A DNA stretch of 64,000 nucleotides from Candidatus Aminicenantes bacterium UBA647. GTDB taxonomy: Bacteria; Acidobacteriota; Aminicenantia; UBA2199. How positions within the stretch are numbered: the first letter of the stretch is position 1; every line of letters begins with the position of its first letter. Below are positions 30,601 through 38,245 of the stretch, one piece after another. The notes under the pieces were generated by a model. That model ran no database searches and was not told the DNA's origin. It saw only the letters and a program-made list of their open reading frames with translations. The position numbers and the translations under genes are program-made. Location of the stretch: the NCBI GenBank assembly GCA_002299555.1, contig DBOL01000103.1:14062-78061 (forward strand), given 5' to 3'.

Positions 30601-33193
30601 CTTTTGTTACAAGCACAGAATTAATATTTACTGGAGAACCGACTCTGCTGTATCCATATTTTTGTTTCGGCCTTTTCAGCCCTATATAGTTTTTGTAAGG
30701 ATCAACAGGAATGTAAATGTTACCTGTCGTGGCCCTGCCACCTTTCTCAAGTACTTTTGCAGTGATCTCAGCCTTTAAAGACGACGGAACATTGGTTAAT
30801 TCGGGGATTTTCCATACAACATTCACTTTCCCTTCCCCATCCAGTTTTCCTTCAAAAATATTTGACTCAGATGACTTGAATTTTCTAAGTTCATTTGAGA
30901 ACGTAAATCCACCGAATTTTTTAAAGTTTTTAGGAACATGCCTTAGTAATACCGATATGTCCGTATCTAGAAATGGAGATGGTGATCCAAAAAGATAATT
31001 TGAACTCAGAGATAATTTCAACAAATCATCAGCCGGTCCGAGTTTTTTCTTTTGAGGATCAAGCCTTACTTTAAGCCTGAAGGGAACCACCGTTTCAATT
31101 TTGAGAGTATGAAAGAAGTGTGTACTTCCGAGTATCAGTTTCGCTCTCCAATTCCCTGTAAGATCATCTTCGGAAGTCCTGATGTGAAAGCTATAGAATC
31201 CATCAACACTCTCTTTTTTTACTGTTTTTCTTACCAGTTGATTCCTTGGATTGTATAATTCCAGAGTGGCCGGATGGTTTTCGGGGAAAGTCCCGTCACT
31301 GTTCCTTGCTATAACAGAAAGATTTATCGGATCTCCCGGTCTGTAGACACCTCGTTCTGTATAGATAAACGCTCTTGTCCCATCAGATCTGCTGATGACA
31401 CCTCCGGTATCAAACGATGAAAGATTCCACCCCATTTCTGAAGGTTTAACAATACTTCTTTGTCCTCCTTTCGCAGCTTCAACAAAAAACACATTGCCTT
31501 CAACTTTTCTGAAGAATATTTTCCCGTCTCCATCTGTTTCACCAGAAACGATCTTCTGATTCTGAAAAGTTCTCAGAGTTACTTTCACCCCACTCATAGG
31601 TGATGAATCTATAAGGTTGGAAGCAAACACAAAATGTTCACCTCCTCCCTTTTTGTAGGTCAAACCGATATCACTGACAAGAACAGGCTTGAAAATCTCT
31701 CCGTGTCTGTAAATATATCCATATGAATTCGGATTTGAATAATACTCCTTTCCATAATAATAACTTGCCTTTTTCTTCAGGGACGAATAAAGCATATCCT
31801 TTCTTTTAAAACTCAACTCTATTACATAAATCCCTTTATCTTTCTCACTAATAAGCTCTTTCATGTCAAGCTGATGATTCAGCCACCTGTTCCTGACATC
31901 TCCTATTGTCAGATTTTTTTCTGCAACCTGGACCCCGATCCTGTTCATATCATAATATTCGAAACCGTTGTCCCTTTTTTTCTCTCCTGATAACGATTCT
32001 GTCTGAAGAAACTGGCCCAGATTTGATTCGAACACACGCTTTACCACCACATGAACTTTTTTTATGTTCAAGGTCCTGAAACCGACCTTCCTCTCCTGTG
32101 TTGTGGGAAGGAAAATTCCGGAAGATGAAAAGCTTATCTGAGGTTTTTTATCTTCAAAATTAACTGACCTGGTGACCTCCTTCTCGATTTTCCCACCCCA
32201 CTTACTCCTTACACCCCTGATCTTTACAGAATACTGCTCTCCAAACTTAAATTCACCCCCGACAAAGATACTTCTGCCCAGAGATTTTAATGATATTGCC
32301 CTGGCAGGATCAATAGTGACAAGCCCTCTTATATCCTGTCCTTTTTTCAATTTATGGGAGAACCTTATCTCAAGTCCGGGATTTGTCCCTTTATCAAACT
32401 TTATTACATTTGTAACTTTGAATTTCTTCAGAGGCTCAAGCCTGATCCTCTTAATAACGTTCTCAGTTATTTCTGTCCCGGCTTTATTGATCTTAAGAAT
32501 AAAATCCTCACCACTCTTTTTTCTTGTGACAGTTCTGGAAGTAAACACAAATTTTCTCCCGGAACTTTTTTCACTCCAAAGCAATGGTATCTCTCCTGAT
32601 TGAGAAACAAATGAGATGTTATTTTTGACTACTTCAAATTTTATATCTTCCGTAAAGCTAACCTCCCCTATGTAATTCAGTTTGTCCGGTTTATCATCAC
32701 TTATAATTTCGAAATCACCGAACATGGATTTTATCTCCCTTCCTGCGATCCTGAATGAAAAATCTAAAGGAGGAAGATTCCTGAATTCTGAATTTAACTC
32801 TTTAAGGTCGATAACACCTGTATATTCCTGGTGAAACGACAGCTTTGAATCAGGAACAAAAATGATGGTCCTGTTGTCCTCCCACTTCGTTTCTCCCTTT
32901 ATCCCTGGTTTGAATTTGAAAATTTTTGTTCCAATAACCTTCCCGATCTCGTCTTCACTTGCAGCAGGATCAACTAATCTCAGATATATCCTGTCCCCTG
33001 AAGATATTATCCCGGATGTAACGTGACTTATTATTCTTGCTGAATCCTCTGAATACATAACCGGATCTATCCCGTCTTTCTTCTTCTTGCCACAGGAAAC
33101 AACTGTCACAAAAGAGATAGAAAGGAAAAATATCAGCAGAATACTAACCAGTGAAAAAGAGTTTTTCTTCATTTCGGAAAAGTAATTTGGCAT
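27623..33193 (-). CDS. Bacterial alpha-2-macroglobulin, thioester-containing lipoprotein (YfhM/ECAM-like)
   Basis: About 1856 aa from the ATG at 33193, which is preceded by GGAGG. Lipobox TVVSC. Thioester motif YPYGCIEQ (CIEQ codons at 29006..29017). Long series of beta-sandwich MG-like units. Confidence 0.93.
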   Translation of the reverse strand: MPNYFSEMKKNSFSLVSILLIFFLSISFVTVVSCGKKKKDGIDPVMYSEDSARIISHVTSGIISSGDRIYLRLVDPAASEDEIGKVIGTKIFKFKPGIKGETKWEDNRTIIFVPDSKLSFHQEYTGVIDLKELNSEFRNLPPLDFSFRIAGREIKSMFGDFEIISDDKPDKLNYIGEVSFTEDIKFEVVKNNISFVSQSGEIPLLWSEKSSGRKFVFTSRTVTRKKSGEDFILKINKAGTEITENVIKRIRLEPLKKFKVTNVIKFDKGTNPGLEIRFSHKLKKGQDIRGLVTIDPARAISLKSLGRSIFVGGEFKFGEQYSVKIRGVRSKWGGKIEKEVTRSVNFEDKKPQISFSSSGIFLPTTQERKVGFRTLNIKKVHVVVKRVFESNLGQFLQTESLSGEKKRDNGFEYYDMNRIGVQVAEKNLTIGDVRNRWLNHQLDMKELISEKDKGIYVIELSFKRKDMLYSSLKKKASYYYGKEYYSNPNSYGYIYRHGEIFKPVLVSDIGLTYKKGGGEHFVFASNLIDSSPMSGVKVTLRTFQNQKIVSGETDGDGKIFFRKVEGNVFFVEAAKGGQRSIVKPSEMGWNLSSFDTGGVISRSDGTRAFIYTERGVYRPGDPINLSVIARNSDGTFPENHPATLELYNPRNQLVRKTVKKESVDGFYSFHIRTSEDDLTGNWRAKLILGSTHFFHTLKIETVVPFRLKVRLDPQKKKLGPADDLLKLSLSSNYLFGSPSPFLDTDISVLLRHVPKNFKKFGGFTFSNELRKFKSSESNIFEGKLDGEGKVNVVWKIPELTNVPSSLKAEITAKVLEKGGRATTGNIYIPVDPYKNYIGLKRPKQKYGYSRVGSPVNINSVLVTKDGEPLSGRPLRYRIYRNARYWWWEYDNLASFRVRYKKDNYTKVVKEGSLTSKNMPVPIVFTPEQSGEYFIEVEEDMKEGHKAGFFFSSYHWGDSPSNIKDSGSLTLKSDRNRYKPGDTAIISFPKPEKGTLLVTLEKGDRILESWVRELKGEDALGEIKVSVTEKMLPNAYVSVSIIQPHSQTGNDRPVRVYGTIPVMVEDPSTRKEIDIVMDDELKSNKEFEVVVRTKDKSNVQFTIAVVDEGLLDLTKFLTPDPWKSFFSKQKLGINTYDLFSYVLAVNKGDVYRLFSIGGEMETNAEGYRSSQLEPGKSKRFKPVSMFLGPLETGDNGEKKVKFRMPDYIGSVRVMVIAADHYSFGKAEKSVPVKTDLILLPTLPRVLGPGDRVKIPVSVFALNEKIRNVSLSIRTEGNLKVSGDKKKKLVFEKTGEQDTVFNLKVDNAVGDCKVIFKAESGRFSVSKSVDIKIRPSSPRIYGSEKKDTKPGRSIDFIIPDRGLKGTNRASVVISRKPRLDIESRLSWLIHYPYGCIEQTISSVFPQLYLKEFMKNSSIDLEDVDENINSAVKRLRKFVLPSGGLSYWPGNRDASIWGTNYGLHFMAEAKKRGYSIPADLLSSVIRFQKSRALVATDKMLSRIYRLYVLALAGQPQLGPMNMIVENDLAKTTNVERWMLSETYFLAGKKDVSKKIQKGIETSVGQYKNPGRTFGSSMRDRAIILEALTVFQDWNKADIMYEEIVRDLSDGRWYSTQTLGYSLMALGKYMMGNKMDFRGDDSPIKGHIVLPGNNKRSFDFGELKHTMKIHEGFGKKLSVFINNEVKLNKVYVTLQWNGIPLKSLEKDQSKNLKLEVTWMNEEGKTIDPSLLRQGTTFWGHFRVKPGIYSSGRLTELALVQIIPAGWEIENIRLSGEQKPSWMEDWNLGREVYMDIRDDRIMWFFDMRGNSRGMDFVVKLNCVTGGKFTLPPTIFEAMYNNNYRAVKKGINVEVVSRLSSD

Positions 33194-33278
33194 TTGTAAC
33201 CTCCAATTGAGATTATAGAAAATCACTTTTTTAAAATCAATCATCTGCCTGCATATTCCGATCATTTTCAATCAGGGT

Positions 33279-33308
33279 GTTGAAAATTAATTGTCTATTA
33301 TGTAAATT
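33279..33308 (+). promoter_or_regulatory. Putative promoter of the permease operon (leaderless configuration)
   Basis: TTGAAA (33279..33284), 18-nt spacer, TAAATT (33303..33308). Only 6 nt to the ATG at 33315, with no Shine-Dalgarno. Confidence 0.4.
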
Positions 33309-33314
33309 ATCAGA

Positions 33315-34550
33315 ATGAAATTCCTGATAGCAATAATAATTATTGCAGGAACTGCACTAATAGGATCAAGGATCACGTTCATCAGAACTCAGCTCGGGCT
33401 TGGAGTAAAAAGTATATTTATTACCGGAATCGAATACATCATGCTTGGCCTGCTTCTGGGTGGAAGCGGTTTGAATATCCTGGATGTTGATACAATCAGA
33501 AAATTTCAACCCTTCCTTATATTCGGACTTGCCTGGGTAGGATATTTATACGGAATACAATTTGAGATCAAATTGGTCAGAACCCTTCCTGAAAAATATT
33601 TTTCGATAACTGCAATCCAGGCAATAATAACCTTCATTATAGTCTCGGTATCAATGTTCGTTTTTTTTCATTTGATTTCTCTCTTCCCACTCGAGAAAGC
33701 AATTGTTTTATCCATTATCCTGGGAATCGCTGCTCTCTCCACAGCACAGTCAGCACTCGCAATAACAAACAGGAATTTCAAATTCAGGGATCAGCGTCTT
33801 TTTGACCTTTTAAGGTATATTGCATCAGTTGACGGACTTTTCTCTATGATGTTTTTTTCCATATTTCTTGCATTTTCCAACCCAGGAACAGCAGCAATAA
33901 GTAGCATTTTATCTGCTTTAAAGTGGAGCGGATTAACTGCCTTTGCCGCCCTTGTACCGGCACTGATCTTTCTGTTAATGAATAAATCCGGGTACAAACA
34001 TGGCGATTTCCACCTTCTCCTGACCGGTATAATTGCTTTTACCGGAGGGATGTCATGGCAACTCGGACTATCCCCGCTGATAAGTGGATTACTTGCAGGG
34101 ATATTCATTGCAAACACTTGCAAGTTCAGGATCAGAGCACTGAATTTTCTCAGTGATGGGGAGAAACCGATATACATAATAATGCTTATAATTCTCGGAG
34201 CAGGATGGAATCTTGGACTGAAGATAAGTATACCAGCAGTCCTTATATTTATTGTTTTCAGAACCGCAGGAAAGGTTGTCGGGAATTTTGCAGGTGTCAA
34301 ATCATTCCGCTCAGCGTTTCCGATACCTCCCGGCGTCGGATTTTCCCTCCTCTCAGAAGGTGGGATCTCTTTTGGGATTATAATTAACTTCAAAATACTC
34401 TATCCGGAATTGTCATCTCATATAATTCACATCATATTGATCTCAGCAGTTTTCTTTGAACTGATCAGTCCAAGGCTGATACTTTCATTTTTTCAGGAGA
34501 GGGTAGATCAAAAATCAGGTCCTTTGTCAGGGGGAAAAGATGAAAAATAG
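33315..34550 (+). CDS. Polytopic membrane protein, cation:proton-antiporter (Na_H_Exchanger)-like, paralog 1
   Basis: 411 aa with about 11-12 hydrophobic helices. The GLLLGGSGLNIL segment resembles the first CPA signature. It is divergent from paralog 2 and overlaps it by 11 nt. Confidence 0.5.
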   Translation: MKFLIAIIIIAGTALIGSRITFIRTQLGLGVKSIFITGIEYIMLGLLLGGSGLNILDVDTIRKFQPFLIFGLAWVGYLYGIQFEIKLVRTLPEKYFSITAIQAIITFIIVSVSMFVFFHLISLFPLEKAIVLSIILGIAALSTAQSALAITNRNFKFRDQRLFDLLRYIASVDGLFSMMFFSIFLAFSNPGTAAISSILSALKWSGLTAFAALVPALIFLLMNKSGYKHGDFHLLLTGIIAFTGGMSWQLGLSPLISGLLAGIFIANTCKFRIRALNFLSDGEKPIYIIMLIILGAGWNLGLKISIPAVLIFIVFRTAGKVVGNFAGVKSFRSAFPIPPGVGFSLLSEGGISFGIIINFKILYPELSSHIIHIILISAVFFELISPRLILSFFQERVDQKSGPLSGGKDEK

Positions 34551-35892
34551 ATTAATAACGTTCATCCTGATAATCCTGGCGATGCTTGTTGTGTTCAATT
34601 CCGGTACTTTTCTCAACTCATCAGACAGTATCTCGCCTACACTGATCATTGGATTCATGCTCCTTTCCTCTTTTGTAGTAGGTTTCTTTTTTGAAAGAGG
34701 AGGACTCCCCAGGATCACCGGCTACATTCTTTCAGGATTGGTTTTCGGCCCTTTTATTCTGAAGTTCTACTCCTCAGAATCCGTTGAAGAACTGCTTTTC
34801 CTCAACAGCCTTGCACTGGCCTTCATCGCATTCAATGCAGGCTCTGAACTAAGGATCAAAGAGATTATTCACGATATAAAGCCGATCCTTTATCTAACCA
34901 TGGGAGTGACCATTGTAGTATTTACGGGAGTTACAACAATTGTATTCCTGATATCCGATCTGATCCCGTTCATGAAGCCATATCCTCTTCCTGCAAAGAT
35001 AGCTATTGCATCGATCTTTGGAATTATTTCAGTCGCAAGATCTCCTTCTTCCGCAATAGCCATTATTAACGAAACAAAAGCAAAGGGGAGCTACACCAGC
35101 ACTATATTGAGTATCACTATAATAATGGACGTTCTTATTATTATCCTGTTTGCACTCGTTATATCGATCAATTCTCTTGTAATAGAACCTGGAAGCACTT
35201 TTGAATTCTCATTTATTGCTTTTCTGGTATTCGAAATTTTAATTGCATTTGTTCTGGGTTTTTTCCTCGGTAAATTTATTATCTTTCTTATAAACAGAAT
35301 AAAAGTAGAATTTTCAGTTGTGATAATTGCACTTGGATTTTTTGTGATGAAGTTTTCACATTTTGCAGGATCATTTATAAGCAATAATTACGAAATGAAC
35401 CTGAACCTTGAACCCCTGCTTATTTGTATGGCGGCAGGATTTACCGTTCAGAATTTTTCCGGTTATGGAGATATTTTTCTGAAAAGGATGGATAAGATCT
35501 CAATACCGGTCTATGTCGCATTTTTTACGATAACCGGTGCATCTATCAACCTTGATCTTCTCAGAACAGGATGGATACTCGGGTTGATCATTTTCTTTTC
35601 AAGAATCTCAATGATATATTTGGGGTCCGGTTTAAGCACTAAAATTGCCCGTTCGGAAAAAAAGATAAAGGAAAACAGCTGGCTTGGATTCATTACCCAG
35701 GCGGGGATCAGCCTTGGGTTGCTGTCTGAAGTAGTTAGAAGATTTCCTGAGGCAGGAATTCACATTCAGGCGATCCTGATTGCTACAATAACACTGAATC
35801 AGATCATTGGACCTGTTGGATTCAAATACGGGTTATTCCGTGCAGGTGAAACCTTCAGGAACAGAGAAGAGACTTCTGACAAAAAACAATAA
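34540..35892 (+). CDS. Cation:proton antiporter family permease, paralog 2
   Basis: 450 aa. LPRITGYILSGLVFGPFIL, AFNAGSELRIKEI and SVARSPSSAIAIINE fit the CPA (Na+/H+ exchanger) pattern. Confidence 0.7.
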   Translation: MKNRLITFILIILAMLVVFNSGTFLNSSDSISPTLIIGFMLLSSFVVGFFFERGGLPRITGYILSGLVFGPFILKFYSSESVEELLFLNSLALAFIAFNAGSELRIKEIIHDIKPILYLTMGVTIVVFTGVTTIVFLISDLIPFMKPYPLPAKIAIASIFGIISVARSPSSAIAIINETKAKGSYTSTILSITIIMDVLIIILFALVISINSLVIEPGSTFEFSFIAFLVFEILIAFVLGFFLGKFIIFLINRIKVEFSVVIIALGFFVMKFSHFAGSFISNNYEMNLNLEPLLICMAAGFTVQNFSGYGDIFLKRMDKISIPVYVAFFTITGASINLDLLRTGWILGLIIFFSRISMIYLGSGLSTKIARSEKKIKENSWLGFITQAGISLGLLSEVVRRFPEAGIHIQAILIATITLNQIIGPVGFKYGLFRAGETFRNREETSDKKQ

Positions 35893-35950
35893 CAACAATA
35901 TTATTTGACTTAACAAAGAGCAATCCTTAATATCTTTAGAGAGGAATATA

Positions 35951-36418
35951 ATGAAACTGACAGACTACATGACAGCAAAAAATATCCGGATAGGTATAAA
36001 GAGCGAGGAGAAAACAGGGATAATAGAAGACCTCCTTGAAGTTGCAGTGTCAATATCACCGGACCTGGACGTTGACAGAGCTTTAAAAGGACTTCTACAT
36101 AGGGAAAGCATCGGATCGACCGGGATCGGCAAGGGTGTGGCAATCCCTCACGCGGGGATAAAGAATTGCACCAGGATACTTCCTGTTATCGGAATTTCCA
36201 AAGATGGCCTGAATTATAATTCCCTTGATGGAGATCCGGTCAGGATATTTTTTCTGATTCTATATCCGGAACAACAGATAAAAATGCAATTAAAATTTCT
36301 TGCCAGAGTCTCGAGACTCCTGCGAAATGAAAACTTAAGAAATTCATTATTAAAATGCTCCTCCCCTGAGGATGCTATAAATGTGCTGAATCAATATGAA
36401 TCTGAACATTTTACCTGA
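35951..36418 (+). CDS. PTS EIIA type-2 domain protein (EIIA-Ntr/PtsN-like)
   Basis: 155 aa. RESIGSTGIGKGVAIPHAG contains the phosphorylatable His. TTGACT-17-TAATAT promoter and AGAGAGGA Shine-Dalgarno upstream. Confidence 0.8.
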   Translation: MKLTDYMTAKNIRIGIKSEEKTGIIEDLLEVAVSISPDLDVDRALKGLLHRESIGSTGIGKGVAIPHAGIKNCTRILPVIGISKDGLNYNSLDGDPVRIFFLILYPEQQIKMQLKFLARVSRLLRNENLRNSLLKCSSPEDAINVLNQYESEHFT

Positions 36419-36424
36419 GACTAA

Positions 36425-36748
36425 ATGAAGATCGCTATAATCATACTGAACCGAATCGAATTTCTGGAGGACCTCCTTTCTGCTTTTCTTGAAATTGATA
36501 TCCCTGATGCAAATGTGATTGACTCTGTAGGAATGAAGCATATAATTTCCCATGATATTCCCATTTTTGCCGGACTGATGGACTCCTTTACGGGAAGCAG
36601 TCCAAAGAGCAAGACAATTTTACTCAGGGTTGAAGAAGATCAAGTGGATAAACTTATAGAGGTTGTAAAAGATATTTGCCATGATCCGGATGAGTCGAAC
36701 AGCGGATATATAATGTTCCTTCCCCTGGAAAAATTTGAAGCTTTATAA
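36425..36748 (+). CDS. PII-like small signalling protein (107 aa)
   Basis: The sequence pattern fits a beta-alpha-beta-beta-alpha-beta PII fold: MKIAIIILNRIEFLEDLLSAFLEI..., KTILLRVEEDQVDKLIEVVKDI, and SGYIMFLPLEKF (compare GDGKIFV.PVE in GlnB). 6 nt after the EIIA gene. Confidence 0.5.
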   Translation: MKIAIIILNRIEFLEDLLSAFLEIDIPDANVIDSVGMKHIISHDIPIFAGLMDSFTGSSPKSKTILLRVEEDQVDKLIEVVKDICHDPDESNSGYIMFLPLEKFEAL

Positions 36749-36757
36749 TAAATTTAC

Positions 36758-37228
36758 TTAACCATTCTCCAGTCTGGTCTCGAGTTCAATGATCTTATTA
36801 TAAAGATCTTCCTCATTCTCTATCCCTGTCACTTCGGGAAGAACATCCGTTTTGCTTATTATCCTTGCAATATTTGCCAATGATTTCAAATGGAAACTTA
36901 CATACCTGTCATTGCTCATAATCAGGAATACGAGCTTTACATTTTTGTTGTCAGGAGCTTTGTAGGGCATTCCATCTTTGATAAGAGCAACACCGATAAA
37001 AAAATCTTCAAATTCGTCACTGAAGATATGTGGAGTTGCAACCCCTTTTCCAATAGCTGTTGATTGGATTTTTTCCCTTTTTATAAATAAACGACGCACT
37101 TTGTTATGATCTTTTATCATTCCCCGTTTCTTTAACAATTCAGCAAACGCATCGTAAAATTCGTCAGTATCATTAAAGTTCCCAGTAATTAAAAATGTAT
37201 TTTTATTGATGACATCGGCTAATTTCAT
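36758..37228 (-). CDS. PTS EIIA type-2 domain protein, second copy
   Basis: 156 aa. REKIQSTAIGKGVATPH contains the conserved His. The start ATG overlaps the stop of the upstream gene (TAATG). Confidence 0.8.
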   Translation of the reverse strand: MKLADVINKNTFLITGNFNDTDEFYDAFAELLKKRGMIKDHNKVRRLFIKREKIQSTAIGKGVATPHIFSDEFEDFFIGVALIKDGMPYKAPDNKNVKLVFLIMSNDRYVSFHLKSLANIARIISKTDVLPEVTGIENEEDLYNKIIELETRLENG

Positions 37229-37599
37229 TACATTCTCCTTTTAAAATCATCTTCTGTCCCGAAGATCGTATCTCTCCCTGCAGATATAAGGTAGAGATTC
37301 AGGTTCTCATCATTCTCAAGAGCAAAAGGTGTCCCCCATGGATCGATTATATGGCTCTCGGTTTTCAAATAATGAGGAATAAGCTGATCCATGATCTCAG
37401 GATATTCATTATTGTCCATAAAGTAAGAATTGATCGCATTCTCTATAGTTGATATCTGTGCCAGGATCAAAGTATTCTTTGATCTCTGTGGAGTATCCAC
37501 CATTCTTTCAAGAGCAGATTGTTCCCCTTCAGACTTATCACATCCGGATGAGAATCCAAGTAATAAAAATATAATAGTTATTAACAAAATTTTTTTCAC
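37228..37599 (-). CDS. Lipoprotein carrying a GspG-type pseudopilin globular domain
   Basis: 123 aa. Signal ending GFSSGC instead of a prepilin G-F-T-L-I-E leader. Body AINSYFMDNNEYPE...IIDPWGTPF...LISAGRDTIFGTEDD matches the T2SS GspG C-terminal domain pattern. Confidence 0.6.
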   Translation of the reverse strand: MKKILLITIIFLLLGFSSGCDKSEGEQSALERMVDTPQRSKNTLILAQISTIENAINSYFMDNNEYPEIMDQLIPHYLKTESHIIDPWGTPFALENDENLNLYLISAGRDTIFGTEDDFKRRM

Positions 37600-37726
37600 G
37601 GAAAAAGTTTATAATAGTAAAAAAAAATTTACAACCAAATTCAAAAATTGAAGTGAGCTAATTGTAAAAATAGATTTGTTGTGAATTTAAACTGCAATAG
37701 AATGTATTTTTTCAATTAGTTCAGTA

Positions 37727-37735
37727 TGTTATACT
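37727..37735 (+). promoter_or_regulatory. Extended -10 element (TGtTATACT), leaderless configuration
   Basis: TG at 37727..37728 and TATACT at 37730..37735. Only 6 nt to the ATG at 37742. No Shine-Dalgarno and no good -35. Confidence 0.4.
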
Positions 37736-37741
37736 TGAAAA

Positions 37742-38221
37742 ATGCAGTACCATGAAGATTTTATTGCAAGTCTATTGAAACGGCTTAATCTTTTTTCTGA
37801 TCTCGAAGCAAATGCCCTCCTCAAGCTTTCTTCTTTTTTCAAAGAAAAAATTTTTAAAAGTGGGGACATAGTTTTTGAAGAGGACAGCATCGGGAATTCC
37901 ATGATGGTAATTACATCGGGAGAAGTGAGGGTATCCCAGAAATCTGATCCGGATAACGAGGAAGCATTAGTAGTGTTGAAAAAGGGTGATCTTTTCGGCG
38001 AAATGGGACTCCTCGAAGACCTCCCCCGCTCTGCAACTGTAATTGCCCATTCAAATGTTGTTATTCTGGAGATCAAGAGAGATGATTTCCTGGAATTCCT
38101 AAACAATGAAAGTGAGGCAGGTGTGAAAATCCTGATCAAACTTTCCAAAATACTCTCCTCAAGGCTTAGGGAAACCGACACAAAACTGAAAACATTTATC
38201 AGCCTGACCAAATGGCTTTAA
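37742..38221 (+). CDS. Stand-alone cyclic-nucleotide-binding (CAP effector) domain protein
   Basis: 159 aa. GDIVFEEDSIGNSMMVITSGEV...FGEMGLLEDLPRSATVIA is the cNMP-binding signature. There is no DNA-binding or other output domain. Confidence 0.85.
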   Translation: MQYHEDFIASLLKRLNLFSDLEANALLKLSSFFKEKIFKSGDIVFEEDSIGNSMMVITSGEVRVSQKSDPDNEEALVVLKKGDLFGEMGLLEDLPRSATVIAHSNVVILEIKRDDFLEFLNNESEAGVKILIKLSKILSSRLRETDTKLKTFISLTKWL

Positions 38222-38245
38222 ACTCTTAAGGGCACTTTTTCTCAT

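Noticed and set aside
37729-38211. 160-aa minus-strand ORF fully antisense to the cNMP-binding gene
   Set aside because: It is a shadow ORF. Its translation is S/L/R-rich low complexity, while the plus-strand frame carries an unambiguous cNMP-binding signature.
37742-38221. cNMP-binding protein as a Pycsar/CBASS-like effector
   Set aside because: There is no cyclase or CD-NTase gene nearby, and the protein has no TM, TIR, nuclease or other killing domain.
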